From an uncultured Candidatus Entotheonella sp. (lineage in GTDB: Bacteria > Tectomicrobia > Entotheonellia > Entotheonellales > Entotheonellaceae), in assembly GCA_965215335.1 (NCBI GenBank), contig CBDCDA010000002.1, positions 736,001 through 800,000 of the forward strand: a stretch of DNA of 64,000 nucleotides, read 5' to 3'. Below are positions 19,014 to 27,486 of this stretch, in pieces; position 1 is the stretch's first letter; the number at the start of each line of letters is the position of its first letter. A program made the position numbers and the translations under genes. Below the pieces are notes generated by a model. The model was not told the DNA's origin and did no database searches. It worked only from the letters and a program-made list of their open reading frames with translations.

Positions 19014-19594
19014 CAGTCGGTCTCCGCCCGCAAGGGTTCCGTGAACTCCAGCCGGATCAACGCCAGGCCCCACGGGTTCAGCGGACTCGGCTGCACCCGC
19101 CGGAACCGCAGCGCCGCGCCGATCTCCTCGTCCCGAATGGCGCGGATGCCGGCATACACCCGCCGCACCGCGTCGATGCGCGCCGCATACGCCCCCCGCG
19201 AACGACCGACCACCGTGTTGCGGATCGACAACTGCGTGCTCAGATCGTGGTCTTCCATCAACTGCCGCTCCAGTCCGGCACGCACGTTGAAGGTCTTGAG
19301 CAGCCTCGGGTCGAACAGGTGCTGCACCCGCGCGTGCGCCGCCTCCGCCGTCGCCGGCGTGATGTTGTAGAGCACCAGCACCACCTGCTCGCTCAACGCC
19401 CGCACGAAGACCTCCGGCACCTGGTCGGGAACCACCAGGCCCGGCGCCACCGCAGCCGTGCCGTAACACACCGGCAGGCCGCGCGTCGCCTGCCACGCCA
19501 GCAGCAGGCTCAGCACCAGGCAGCCCAGGGCGAGAAAGGCCGCGGCGGTCTCCAGCCGCAGGATGCGCACCTCGCCCTGGCCGAACAGGTTCAT
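19013..19594 (-). CDS. traE: TraE-like protein
   Basis: N-terminal TM, LYNITPAT motif, NPWGL end; position after traL. Confidence 0.7.
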   Translation of the reverse strand: MNLFGQGEVRILRLETAAAFLALGCLVLSLLLAWQATRGLPVCYGTAAVAPGLVVPDQVPEVFVRALSEQVVLVLYNITPATAEAAHARVQHLFDPRLLKTFNVRAGLERQLMEDHDLSTQLSIRNTVVGRSRGAYAARIDAVRRVYAGIRAIRDEEIGAALRFRRVQPSPLNPWGLALIRLEFTEPLRAETD

Positions 19595-19890
19595 CAATCG
19601 ACGCCCCCCGCCGCGCTCGGCGAGTAGCGCCGCGCCTTGGGCTTCACCGCCCCCGGTATGCGGATCAACTCCAGGTGGTGCGCCAGGTGGATGAGCGCGC
19701 CGGGCGGCCGGCCGCGCTTGAGACGCCTCACCAGCAGCCCGGCGCACAGCGTCACCACGCACACCCCGGCCATGCCCTCGAAGAAAAAGCTCGACAAGAG
19801 CATCACCCCCATCATCGCGCCCAGGTCCTCGACCTCGAACCCGAACACCAGAACGGGAGTGTCCAGATGCGTCGGACCGTCAACCCACAT
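19594..19890 (-). CDS. traL: TraL
   Basis: PTHLDTP...FEVEDL, TMs, KRGRPPGALIH. Confidence 0.8.
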   Translation of the reverse strand: MWVDGPTHLDTPVLVFGFEVEDLGAMMGVMLLSSFFFEGMAGVCVVTLCAGLLVRRLKRGRPPGALIHLAHHLELIRIPGAVKPKARRYSPSAAGGVD

Positions 19891-20452
19891 GCAGGCGCTC
19901 CCGCGCGTGACCGGCCAGGGGCGCCCACAACGCCCGCGACGACAGCACCAGCGCGGCCGCGCTCCACACCACCGGGTCGCGCACCCATTTCAGGAACACC
20001 GCCACCGGATACAGCGACGCCAGCAGCGCCTGCCCGACGACCGACTGCCCCAGGGTGGCCAGCACCGTGCTCAGGACCGTCGCCGACTGCGTCGCCACCG
20101 GAACCGCTACCAGCGGCGCCGCGGTGGTCGCGTCGAAAACCGTCCCCATCATGTTCGGCACGAAGGCCACCCCGAGACCGGAACCCAGGACGCCGATGCC
20201 CGTCGCCGGACGACCCGTCAGGGCCATCCCCAGGCCGCCGACGCCCATGACGACGCCGACCATCTTGCCGACGTTGCCCTTGGCGTAGTCCTCCACCGTC
20301 TTCGCCAGGTTGTTCAGGCCGCCGATGTCTACCGAGGTGCCCGTCATCGTGCCGGCCTCGACCAGCCAGCCTTGCAACTCCGACAGCCAGGCCACCGCGC
20401 CGAGAGCCACGAACCACAGGAAATAACGCATTGACTTGCAACGAACAGACAC
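19880..20452 (-). CDS. Pilin-like (TraA/VirB2-like) membrane protein
   Basis: GTG after AAGGAG; Gly-rich hydrophobic hairpin; first gene before traL. Confidence 0.55.
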   Translation of the reverse strand: MSVRCKSMRYFLWFVALGAVAWLSELQGWLVEAGTMTGTSVDIGGLNNLAKTVEDYAKGNVGKMVGVVMGVGGLGMALTGRPATGIGVLGSGLGVAFVPNMMGTVFDATTAAPLVAVPVATQSATVLSTVLATLGQSVVGQALLASLYPVAVFLKWVRDPVVWSAAALVLSSRALWAPLAGHARERLHVG

Positions 20453-20657
20453 GTCTTGCTCCTTGATCGTTTCGCCCGGCAGCCCGTGACGAACTGCCGG
20501 GCCTGGACAGCAGAAATTCTCGAGGGACACGACTTCGCGAAGGCGGGCGGGCGGCGGGCGCGGCAGTTGCCACGTTACGAGGAGGGAGGGTCTTGCAAGG
20601 ATGACCATCGCTTCTACCATTGACCGGCGTGCGTGCCGTTCTGTCCGGCGTCCATCG

Positions 20658-20861
20658 TCAGGTCCTTTCTTCGCCGCGCCCGCCGCCCGCCCGTAACGGA
20701 CGCCGCCGAGCTTCGGAACATGCCGCCCCGATCTCCCGCCATTCGGTCGGGCGACGCCGCCCCAGGCCCTGCCAGCGAGCCCGGGGCAGCCCCGCGTGCC
20801 CCTTCATGCGAATGCAGTCGGCCTTCTGAAACCGACCGAGCTTCTCGTTGCAGCGTGCCAT
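20658..20861 (-). CDS. Possible small basic protein upstream of the tra operon
   Basis: Strong SD AAAGGAGGT just before ATG; 67 aa, no recognisable motif. Confidence 0.35.
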   Translation of the reverse strand: MARCNEKLGRFQKADCIRMKGHAGLPRARWQGLGRRRPTEWREIGAACSEARRRPLRAGGGRGEERT

Positions 20862-20954
20862 GGAACCTCCTTTCTGGACGAGCGGGGAAAGGGGGGACGC
20901 CCCCACGGTCGAGCACGGCCCCGTGGAGGCGCGTGAATCATTCGTCTGCGTGTC

Positions 20955-21042
20955 TCCTCTATAATTGGCAACTCACCATCGTTGATGACGTGGGCATTGT
21001 TGGTGTTGCCACGCAATGCCCCGGGACAAACAGGAGAACGTC
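20955..21042 (+). promoter_or_regulatory. Putative promoter (-10 TATAAT at 20959), leader hairpin and RBS
   Basis: TATAAT, stem GGGCATTG/CAATGCCC, AGGAG before ATG 21043. Confidence 0.5.
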
Positions 21043-21759
21043 ATGGTCCACTCCGCCAGGCTGAACGAACTCGTTCAGGCAGCTCAAGAACAAACCAATG
21101 AGCTTTCCGTTCTGGAGAAACTCCTGACCTTGTGCTTGACAGCGATTCAGCAATCGCATACTATAGTCTGCAATTCCATTGGTCAAGGGGAAAATATGAA
21201 CACGTTGCGGATCACAGAAACACAAATCACGTTCAGTCCCGGGAATTTCATTCATTTGCCCAGTAGCAGGAGACGCCGCAAGTTGCGGCTGCCGTACATG
21301 TATTGGTGCGCCATCTGCAATGAAGTCGTGATGACCAAGAAGCTGGAGGAGGAATTGGACAGATGCACAAAGTGTGGCAGCCCGCGTTGGCGGGGTAACC
21401 ACACAAGAGATCGCCGGCACGCCGACTGGAGTCAGGGCATTGTAACGAATAGTTCGGATGTCAAGATCAAAAAGACACAAGAGAAGCCGATGCCCGCATT
21501 ACCAAAGTCGCTCACGGCCATACCTACGATAGAAGTAATCGAGGTCAACGCCCCCCAGATCTACGTGAAGTTCCACTGCCATGTATGTACTCGCGAATGG
21601 ATCGTGCCTATTCCTCTGGAGTACTTCGACACCTATCAGCCCCCCAAAAAATGCCGGTGGTGTGAATCAGTCGTGTGGAGTAATCCTGAACGAGCGCAGA
21701 TCAGGAGCGACCAGCGCTCGAAAAGAGGTTCTGTAATGACCCCGAGCCAGTCTCGATGA
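21043..21759 (+). CDS. Coiled-coil + two Zn-ribbon protein (array B cassette 1)
   Basis: CAIC...CTKCGSPRW and CHVCTREW...PKKCRWCESVVW; lower GC than tra genes. Confidence 0.75.
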   Translation: MVHSARLNELVQAAQEQTNELSVLEKLLTLCLTAIQQSHTIVCNSIGQGENMNTLRITETQITFSPGNFIHLPSSRRRRKLRLPYMYWCAICNEVVMTKKLEEELDRCTKCGSPRWRGNHTRDRRHADWSQGIVTNSSDVKIKKTQEKPMPALPKSLTAIPTIEVIEVNAPQIYVKFHCHVCTREWIVPIPLEYFDTYQPPKKCRWCESVVWSNPERAQIRSDQRSKRGSVMTPSQSR

Positions 21760-21987
21760 AAACGCTGTGCAACATGGGGGAAGCGCCTCTCGGCAAGCCC
21801 CGGGAGGCGCCCGTCCACTGCCGTTTGGAACCTCCTTTCTGTATAGTAGGACTTGTTGCTGTTACTCCGGGCGGCGTCGGTGCCTGCCAAGCTGTGACGC
21901 CACCCGGAGCAGAACGGAGGCGCTCATGGATACGCAACCCCCGGAGGACCCGTCCGCCCTGGTGCAAAAGATTGCCGAGCTGCAAGC
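21744..21987 (+). repeat. ~245-bp direct repeat copy 1 (gene end + leader + next gene start)
   Basis: Near-identical to 22396-22639 (offset 652). Confidence 0.95.
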
Positions 21988-22411
21988 TCAGCTGGCTGAG
22001 GTCAAACGGCTGTGGGACACGATCTCTGTCTCTATTGTCGAGTTGGAGCGGTTGCTGGCTAAATCTTCGTCACGTGAAGATTATTCTTTGAATTTTCCTC
22101 ATAATAGGAATAAAATAAGACCTGTCAAGAAGAAAACAAACAAGAGTGGCCGGGATATGAATGCGATAATGCCTTTGGATTTAAGAACTAATCGCCAGTA
22201 TTTTGTCTATCATTGCTTTGTATGTGACAGAGATTGGGTAGGGGGCGGCAAGGAGCCCAAGAAGGGAGAAGAGGCGAATCCCCCTACCTTATGTAACTAC
22301 CCGGATTGCCGTGCTGCGACGTGGGATGATCCGATTGCTGCCCAATCAATCAGACGGAAGAGAAAGCAACGACGGGCAAGACGGCACCAGGCCAGGAGCC
22401 AGTCTCGATGA
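21926..22411 (+). CDS. Coiled-coil + Zn-ribbon protein (array B cassette 2)
   Basis: GGAGG RBS; MDTQPPEDPSALV; CFVCDRDW...CNYPDCRAATW. Confidence 0.75.
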   Translation: MDTQPPEDPSALVQKIAELQAQLAEVKRLWDTISVSIVELERLLAKSSSREDYSLNFPHNRNKIRPVKKKTNKSGRDMNAIMPLDLRTNRQYFVYHCFVCDRDWVGGGKEPKKGEEANPPTLCNYPDCRAATWDDPIAAQSIRRKRKQRRARRHQARSQSR

Positions 22412-22639
22412 AAACGCTGTGCAACATGGGGGAAGCGCCTCTCGGCAAGCCCCGGGAGGCGCCCGTCCACTGCCGCTTGGAACCTCCTTTCTGTATAGTA
22501 GGACTTGTTGCTATCACTCCGGGCGGCGTCGGTGCCTGCCAAGCTGTGACGCCACCCGGAGCAGAACGGAGGCGCTCATGGATACGCAACCCCCGGAGGA
22601 CCCGTCCGCCCTGGTGCGAAAAGTCGCCGAACTGCAAGC
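22396..22639 (+). repeat. ~245-bp direct repeat copy 2
   Basis: Near-identical to 21744-21987. Confidence 0.95.
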
Positions 22640-23267
22640 CGAGATCTCCGGCATGAAGACGGAACTGACCGAGATCAAGCGGCTGCTGAGTGACAAAGGT
22701 CGGAAGGATTCCTTGCCGCATCATCTATTGCATGATAAATTCTATGGAATACATAAATCAAGATCTGCTCCACGAGAAAAGATCAGGCCTGTGCAGGACG
22801 TCGAGATTTCCGGTGGGGAATCACTAAGGTTACCGGACAACCGTTGGTTGCACAGATGCGGTAAATGCGCGTGTACGTGGCTCAGCTCCAATAGCGACCC
22901 AGGTGCCTGCGTGCGGCACAGGGCAGACAAGAAGGGTCCACGGTGCGGCACGACCCGGTGGCGGGAAATACACGATGAGTATTGGGAAAATGCTGCTGCT
23001 CAACCGAACTATCGCTATTATCGTGATCAGGAGTCGAATATTCAAGGGGAAAACCAAGAGGAATTGCGAACTATCGATAATGCAGATCGGAAACAGCCAG
23101 GTAGACCACCAGAAAGCCCTTACGTCCGGGAGGGAGCGCAGGCAATCTGTACCAGATGTGGACACACCTGGATCCCGTTCGTCAGAAGGCCAAAACAGTG
23201 CCCTGCCTGTCGGCAGACATGGTATAAGCCGAAAGCCTGGACCAGGAACAAAAGCGTGATTGGATGA
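22578..23267 (+). CDS. Coiled-coil + two Zn-ribbon protein (array B cassette 3)
   Basis: Same N-terminus as cassette 2; CGKCACTW...C...CGTTRW and CTRCGHTW...PKQCPACRQTW. Confidence 0.75.
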   Translation: MDTQPPEDPSALVRKVAELQAEISGMKTELTEIKRLLSDKGRKDSLPHHLLHDKFYGIHKSRSAPREKIRPVQDVEISGGESLRLPDNRWLHRCGKCACTWLSSNSDPGACVRHRADKKGPRCGTTRWREIHDEYWENAAAQPNYRYYRDQESNIQGENQEELRTIDNADRKQPGRPPESPYVREGAQAICTRCGHTWIPFVRRPKQCPACRQTWYKPKAWTRNKSVIG

Positions 23268-23424
23268 GGAATGGGGAGGCGACGACAACCGAGTGCTTCG
23301 GGCATCCTCAAAAGTGACCAACGCTCGAAAAGGATGGCACCAGAGCAGTCTCGATGAAGATCCACGAACGGTGCAAGGGCGTGGCGGCACAAACGGGATC
23401 TCCAGCGGCACAGGAGCAGGGCGC

Positions 23425-23868
23425 ATGGTGGCAGAGGCTCAAGGCAGACGAAGCACGACCTTGGCACAGCTCAGGGAGTGGTTGACCCTGATCGGCGCTG
23501 TCGTGGTGGTCCTCGGTGGCTTGCTCGGCGGGGTGCGGCTGGTGGTCGCGCCGCTGTATACGGAGATGCGGGCGATGAACGGCCGCCTTGACCGCATGGA
23601 AGCCGGAATCAGGGCTGGCCGCGAAGAGACAAGGGCTTTGCGGCGGGACATGCAAGACGAGTTCAAGGCCGTCCGCGGGGAGATGAACAGCGGCTTCGAG
23701 GCTGTAGACAGCGAGTTCGAGGCCGTGGACAGCGAGTTCAAGGCCGTGGACAGCGAGTTCAAGGCCATCCGCGAAGACCTCGCCGACATCCGCGAGCGCC
23801 TGACCCGCGTGGAGACCCTGCTCGAACGCCATACGGACCCGCCCGGCGACGCCGATACGACGCAGTAG
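23425..23868 (+). CDS. N-terminally anchored coiled-coil protein (array C copy 1, divergent N-terminus)
   Basis: AGGAG RBS, TM helix, AVDSEF heptads, shared C-terminus RERLTRVETLLE. Confidence 0.8.
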   Translation: MVAEAQGRRSTTLAQLREWLTLIGAVVVVLGGLLGGVRLVVAPLYTEMRAMNGRLDRMEAGIRAGREETRALRRDMQDEFKAVRGEMNSGFEAVDSEFEAVDSEFKAVDSEFKAIREDLADIRERLTRVETLLERHTDPPGDADTTQ

Positions 23869-23869
23869 A

Positions 23870-23953
23870 ATGGATGCGGAAGCCACCATCGAGTTGCGGG
23901 ATCGGGCATTGGACGCGCTGCAAAAGCTGCGATGGAGAATGAATCGGAGATGA
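23870..23953 (+). CDS. Putative 27-aa spacer peptide
   Basis: MDAEATIELRDRALDALQKLRWRMNRR*, frame conserved in 3 of 4 spacers. Confidence 0.4.
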   Translation: MDAEATIELRDRALDALQKLRWRMNRR

Positions 23954-23999
23954 GCCGGCCCCCCGTCCTGCAACTGCCCGGCGAAAGAGAGGAACCATC

Positions 24000-24494
24000 G
24001 TGGCCATAGAAAATCAACCGCCCGCCCTGGCGCCACCGGCGAGCACGAGACCGGCGACGTCCAGGGAAATCATCCAGATCGCCGGTGCCGCCATCGCCCT
24101 TGTCGCCGTCATCATCGCCGGCATGAGCCTGGTCGTGTCGATGACCCTGGCCCCGATGCGCGAGGACATGCGCCTGATGCGTGAAGACATGCGCCTGATG
24201 CGTGAAGACGCGCGCCTGATACGCGAGGCCATGCAGCGCGGCTTCGAGGCCGTAGACAGTGAATTCAAGGCCGTCCGCGGGGAGATGAATAGCGAGTTCA
24301 AGGCCATCCGCGGGGAGATGAATAGCGAATTCAAGGCCATCCGCGGGGAGATGAATAGCGAGTTCAAGGCCGTCCGCGAAGACCTCGCCGACGTCCGCGA
24401 GGACATCACCGACGTCCGCGAGCGCCTGACCCGCGTGGAGACCCTGCTCGAACGCCGCACGGACCCACCCGGCGACGCCGATACGACGCAGTAG
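24000..24494 (+). CDS. N-terminally anchored coiled-coil protein (array C copy 2, 164 aa)
   Basis: GAGG RBS + GTG, TM, three EFKAxRGEMNS repeats. Confidence 0.85.
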   Translation: MAIENQPPALAPPASTRPATSREIIQIAGAAIALVAVIIAGMSLVVSMTLAPMREDMRLMREDMRLMREDARLIREAMQRGFEAVDSEFKAVRGEMNSEFKAIRGEMNSEFKAIRGEMNSEFKAVREDLADVREDITDVRERLTRVETLLERRTDPPGDADTTQ

Positions 24495-24495
24495 A

Positions 24496-24597
24496 ATGGA
24501 TGCGGAAGCCACCATCAGGACGACAAGAGCCGTCGAGTTGCGGGATCAGGCATTGGACGCGCTGCAAAAGCTGCGGTGGAGGATGAATCGGAGATGA
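24496..24597 (+). CDS. Putative 33-aa spacer peptide
   Basis: As 23870-23953 with an in-frame 18-nt insertion and two synonymous Arg changes. Confidence 0.4.
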   Translation: MDAEATIRTTRAVELRDQALDALQKLRWRMNRR

Positions 24598-24644
24598 GCC
24601 GGGTCCCCCGTCCTGCAACTGCCCGGTGAAAGAGAGGAACCATC

Positions 24645-25064
24645 GTGGCCATAGAAAACCAACCGCCCGCCCTGGCGCCACCGGCGAGCACGAGACCGGC
24701 GACGTCCAGGGAAATCATCCAGATCGCCGGTGCCGCCATCGCCCTTGTCGCCGTCATCATCGCCGGCATGAGCCTGGTCGTGTCGATGACCCTGGCCCCG
24801 ATGCGCGAGGACATGCGCCTGATGCGCACGGACATGCGCCTGCTGCGCGCGGACATGCAGCGCGGCTTCGAGGCCGTAGACAGTGAATTCAAGGCTGTCC
24901 GCAGGGAGATGAATAGCGAGTTCAAGGCCATCCGCGGGGAGATGAATAGCGAGTTCAAGGCCATCCGCGAAGACCTCGCCGACGTCCGCGAGCGCCTGAC
25001 CCGCGTGGAGACCCTGCTCGAACGTCACACGGACCCGCCCGGCGACGCCGATACGACGCAGTAG
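24645..25064 (+). CDS. N-terminally anchored coiled-coil protein (array C copy 3, 139 aa)
   Basis: Two 11-aa repeats. Confidence 0.85.
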   Translation: MAIENQPPALAPPASTRPATSREIIQIAGAAIALVAVIIAGMSLVVSMTLAPMREDMRLMRTDMRLLRADMQRGFEAVDSEFKAVRREMNSEFKAIRGEMNSEFKAIREDLADVRERLTRVETLLERHTDPPGDADTTQ

Positions 25065-25194
25065 AATCGTACGGAAGCCACCATCGAGTTGCGGGATCGG
25101 GCATTGGACGCGCTGCAAAAGCTGCGATGGAGAATGAATCGGAGATGAGCCGGCCCCCCGTCCTGCAACTGCCCGGTGAAAGAGAGGAACCATC

Positions 25195-25581
25195 GTGGCC
25201 ATAGAAAATCAACCGCCCGCCCTGGCGCCACCGGCGAGCACGAGACCGGCGACGTCCAGGGAAATCATCCAGATCGCCGGTGCCGCCATCGCCCTTGTCG
25301 CCGTCATCATCGCCGGCATGAGCCTGGTCGTGTCGATGACCCTGGCCCCGATGCGCGAGGACATGCGCCTGATGCGTGAAGACATGCGCCTGCTGCGCGC
25401 GGACATGCAGCGCGGCTTCGATGCCGTAGACAGTGAATTCAAGGCCGTCCGCGGGGAGATGAATAGCGAGTTCAAGGCCGTCCGCGAAGACCTCGCCGAC
25501 GTCCGCGAACGCCTGACCCGCGTGGAGACCCTGCTCGAACGCCGCACGGACCCGCCCGGCGACGCCGATACGACGCAGTAG
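25195..25581 (+). CDS. N-terminally anchored coiled-coil protein (array C copy 4, 128 aa)
   Basis: One 11-aa repeat. Confidence 0.85.
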   Translation: MAIENQPPALAPPASTRPATSREIIQIAGAAIALVAVIIAGMSLVVSMTLAPMREDMRLMREDMRLLRADMQRGFDAVDSEFKAVRGEMNSEFKAVREDLADVRERLTRVETLLERRTDPPGDADTTQ

Positions 25582-25582
25582 A

Positions 25583-25666
25583 ATGGATGCGGAAGCCACC
25601 ATCGAGTTGCGGGATCGGGCATTGGACGCGCTGCAAAAGCTGCGATGGAGAATGAATCGGAGATGA
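25583..25666 (+). CDS. Putative 27-aa spacer peptide
   Basis: Same ORF as 23870-23953. Confidence 0.4.
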   Translation: MDAEATIELRDRALDALQKLRWRMNRR

Positions 25667-25712
25667 ACCGGCCCCCCGTCCTGCAACTGCCCGGTGAAAG
25701 AGAGGAACCATC

Positions 25713-26066
25713 GTGGCCATAGAAAACCAACCGCCCGCCCTGGCGCCACCGGCGAGCACGAGACCGGCGACGTCCAGGGAAATCATCCAGATCGCCGGTG
25801 CCGCCATCGCCCTTGTCGCCGTCATCATCGCCGGCATGAGCCTGGTCGTGTCGATGACCCTGGCCCCGATGCGCGAGGACATGCGCCTGATGCGCGCGGA
25901 CATGCAGCGCGGTTTCGATGCCGTAGACAGTGAATTCAAGGCCGTCCGCGAAGACCTCGCCGACGTCCGCGAGGACATCACCGACGTCCGCGAGCGCCTG
26001 ACCCGCGTGGAGACCCTGCTCGAACGCCGCACGGACCCGCCCGGCGACGCCGATACGACGCAGTAA
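25713..26066 (+). CDS. N-terminally anchored coiled-coil protein (array C copy 5, 117 aa)
   Basis: No EFKAxRGEMNS repeat. Confidence 0.85.
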   Translation: MAIENQPPALAPPASTRPATSREIIQIAGAAIALVAVIIAGMSLVVSMTLAPMREDMRLMRADMQRGFDAVDSEFKAVREDLADVREDITDVRERLTRVETLLERRTDPPGDADTTQ

Positions 26067-26081
26067 TGGGATGAACAGACC

Positions 26082-26441
26082 ATGACCCCAGGACAGCAAC
26101 TCCACAAGCTGCTCGCCGAGGTGCCCGGCTACGAGGCTGCCGACGTCGTGACCCTGCTGCCCTACGTCGCCGCCCTGCAAAGCGCCCTGCATACGCGCAT
26201 GCTGGCCCTCCAGAGCCAGGCCGCCATGCCCGACACCGATTACCTGCTGAATGCGGACGACATCGCTGCCCGCCTCGGCAAGTCCACCAAGTGGGTGCGC
26301 GACAACGTCGCCTTGCTGCCCTTCGCCTTTCAGGTCGGCCGGGAGCACCGTTTTTCCGCCCGCGGCCTCGAACAGTGGATTGCCGAGCATCGAGCGGCCA
26401 AGATGGCCGTGCCACTGCCCCTGCAAAGGAGGCGGCAATGA
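26082..26441 (+). CDS. Excisionase-like helix-turn-helix protein
   Basis: LLNADDIAARLGKSTKWV...FQVGREHRF...LEQWI; overlaps the integrase start. Confidence 0.8.
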   Translation: MTPGQQLHKLLAEVPGYEAADVVTLLPYVAALQSALHTRMLALQSQAAMPDTDYLLNADDIAARLGKSTKWVRDNVALLPFAFQVGREHRFSARGLEQWIAEHRAAKMAVPLPLQRRRQ

Positions 26442-27466
26442 GAGGTAACGGGAGAGTTTTTCAGCGCGGTCAGGTCTGGTGGATCGCGTACTACGACAAC
26501 GGCCGGGAACGCCGCGAGTCATCGAAATCACGGCAGCGCAAGGCCGCCGTCAGGTTGTTGCGGCAGCGTCTCGGGGAAATGGCGACGGGTGGGGCTCATT
26601 CGCCGCTGTCGCAGCGGGCGGAAGCAGGGACCGTCACGATGCAGGACCTGTTTGATCTGGTTGAACATAGCCACCGGCTCAACAGGCGCACCAGTTCGGC
26701 AAATGGCAGGTGTCTGAGGCGATTACGTCAGCGCTTCGCAGCTTGCACGGTCCGGTCGTGTACGAGCCTGGCCATCAGCCATTACATGGCGGCCATGCAG
26801 GCAAGCGGACGCAAGGCGGCGACGATCAACCGGGAAATGGCCGTCCTCCGATTCGCCTTCAGACTCGGACACCAGCACGATCTCGTTGCGCGAGTGCCGG
26901 TCATCAAACTGCTGCCGGAACTGGGGGTGCGTAACGAGTTCTTCACCCGTGCGGAGATCGACACGCTCCTGCCCTGCCTGCCCGAGTACCTGCGCGATGT
27001 GGTCCTGTTCGGGTTTCTGACAGGCTGGCGCAAGGGTGAGATCGTCGGTCTCCAGTGGGCCAACGTCGACCGCTCCGGCGCGGCGATCCGGCTGGAGCCG
27101 GTACAGAACAAGGGACGCACGGTGCGGGTGCTGGTGTTGCAAGGGGAACTGGCGGCACTGATCGAGCGCCGCTGGCACGCCCGCAAAGTCGGGTGCATCC
27201 TGACACGACACGTCTTCCATCGTGCCGGCCGTCGAGTGGGTGATTTCCGTTCGGCATGGCTGAGAGCCTGTCGTCAGGCTGGATTGGGACACCGGTGGTT
27301 TCACAGCCTGCGCCGCAGCGCGGCCCGGAACATGTCCCTGCAAGGCGTTCCCGAGAAAGTGATCATGTCGATCATAGGCCACAAGACACGCGCGATGTTC
27401 GACCGCTACAACATCGTGACGGAATCGGACCAGCGCACCTATGCGAAGCTGCTTTTCGGGCCGTAA
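26438..27466 (+). CDS. Tyrosine recombinase / phage-type integrase
   Basis: N-terminal arm-binding segment, TGWRKGE, FHSLRR, GHKT...DRY; AAGGAGG RBS. Confidence 0.95.
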   Translation: MRGNGRVFQRGQVWWIAYYDNGRERRESSKSRQRKAAVRLLRQRLGEMATGGAHSPLSQRAEAGTVTMQDLFDLVEHSHRLNRRTSSANGRCLRRLRQRFAACTVRSCTSLAISHYMAAMQASGRKAATINREMAVLRFAFRLGHQHDLVARVPVIKLLPELGVRNEFFTRAEIDTLLPCLPEYLRDVVLFGFLTGWRKGEIVGLQWANVDRSGAAIRLEPVQNKGRTVRVLVLQGELAALIERRWHARKVGCILTRHVFHRAGRRVGDFRSAWLRACRQAGLGHRWFHSLRRSAARNMSLQGVPEKVIMSIIGHKTRAMFDRYNIVTESDQRTYAKLLFGP

Positions 27467-27486
27467 CACGGACAGCGACACGGACA
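27466..27486. other. Candidate integrase arm-type sites (att region)
   Basis: Direct repeat ACACGGACA at 27466 and 27478 immediately after the integrase stop. Confidence 0.45.

Noticed and set aside
21043..26066. Diversity-generating retroelement
   Set aside because: No reverse transcriptase in the window; differences between copies are repeat-unit indels or whole-module swaps, not adenine-specific substitutions.
23425..27466. Classical integron
   Set aside because: The integrase has a phage-type arm domain and an xis partner, the spacer lacks RYYYAAC...GTTRRRY order, and the cassettes are paralogues of one another.
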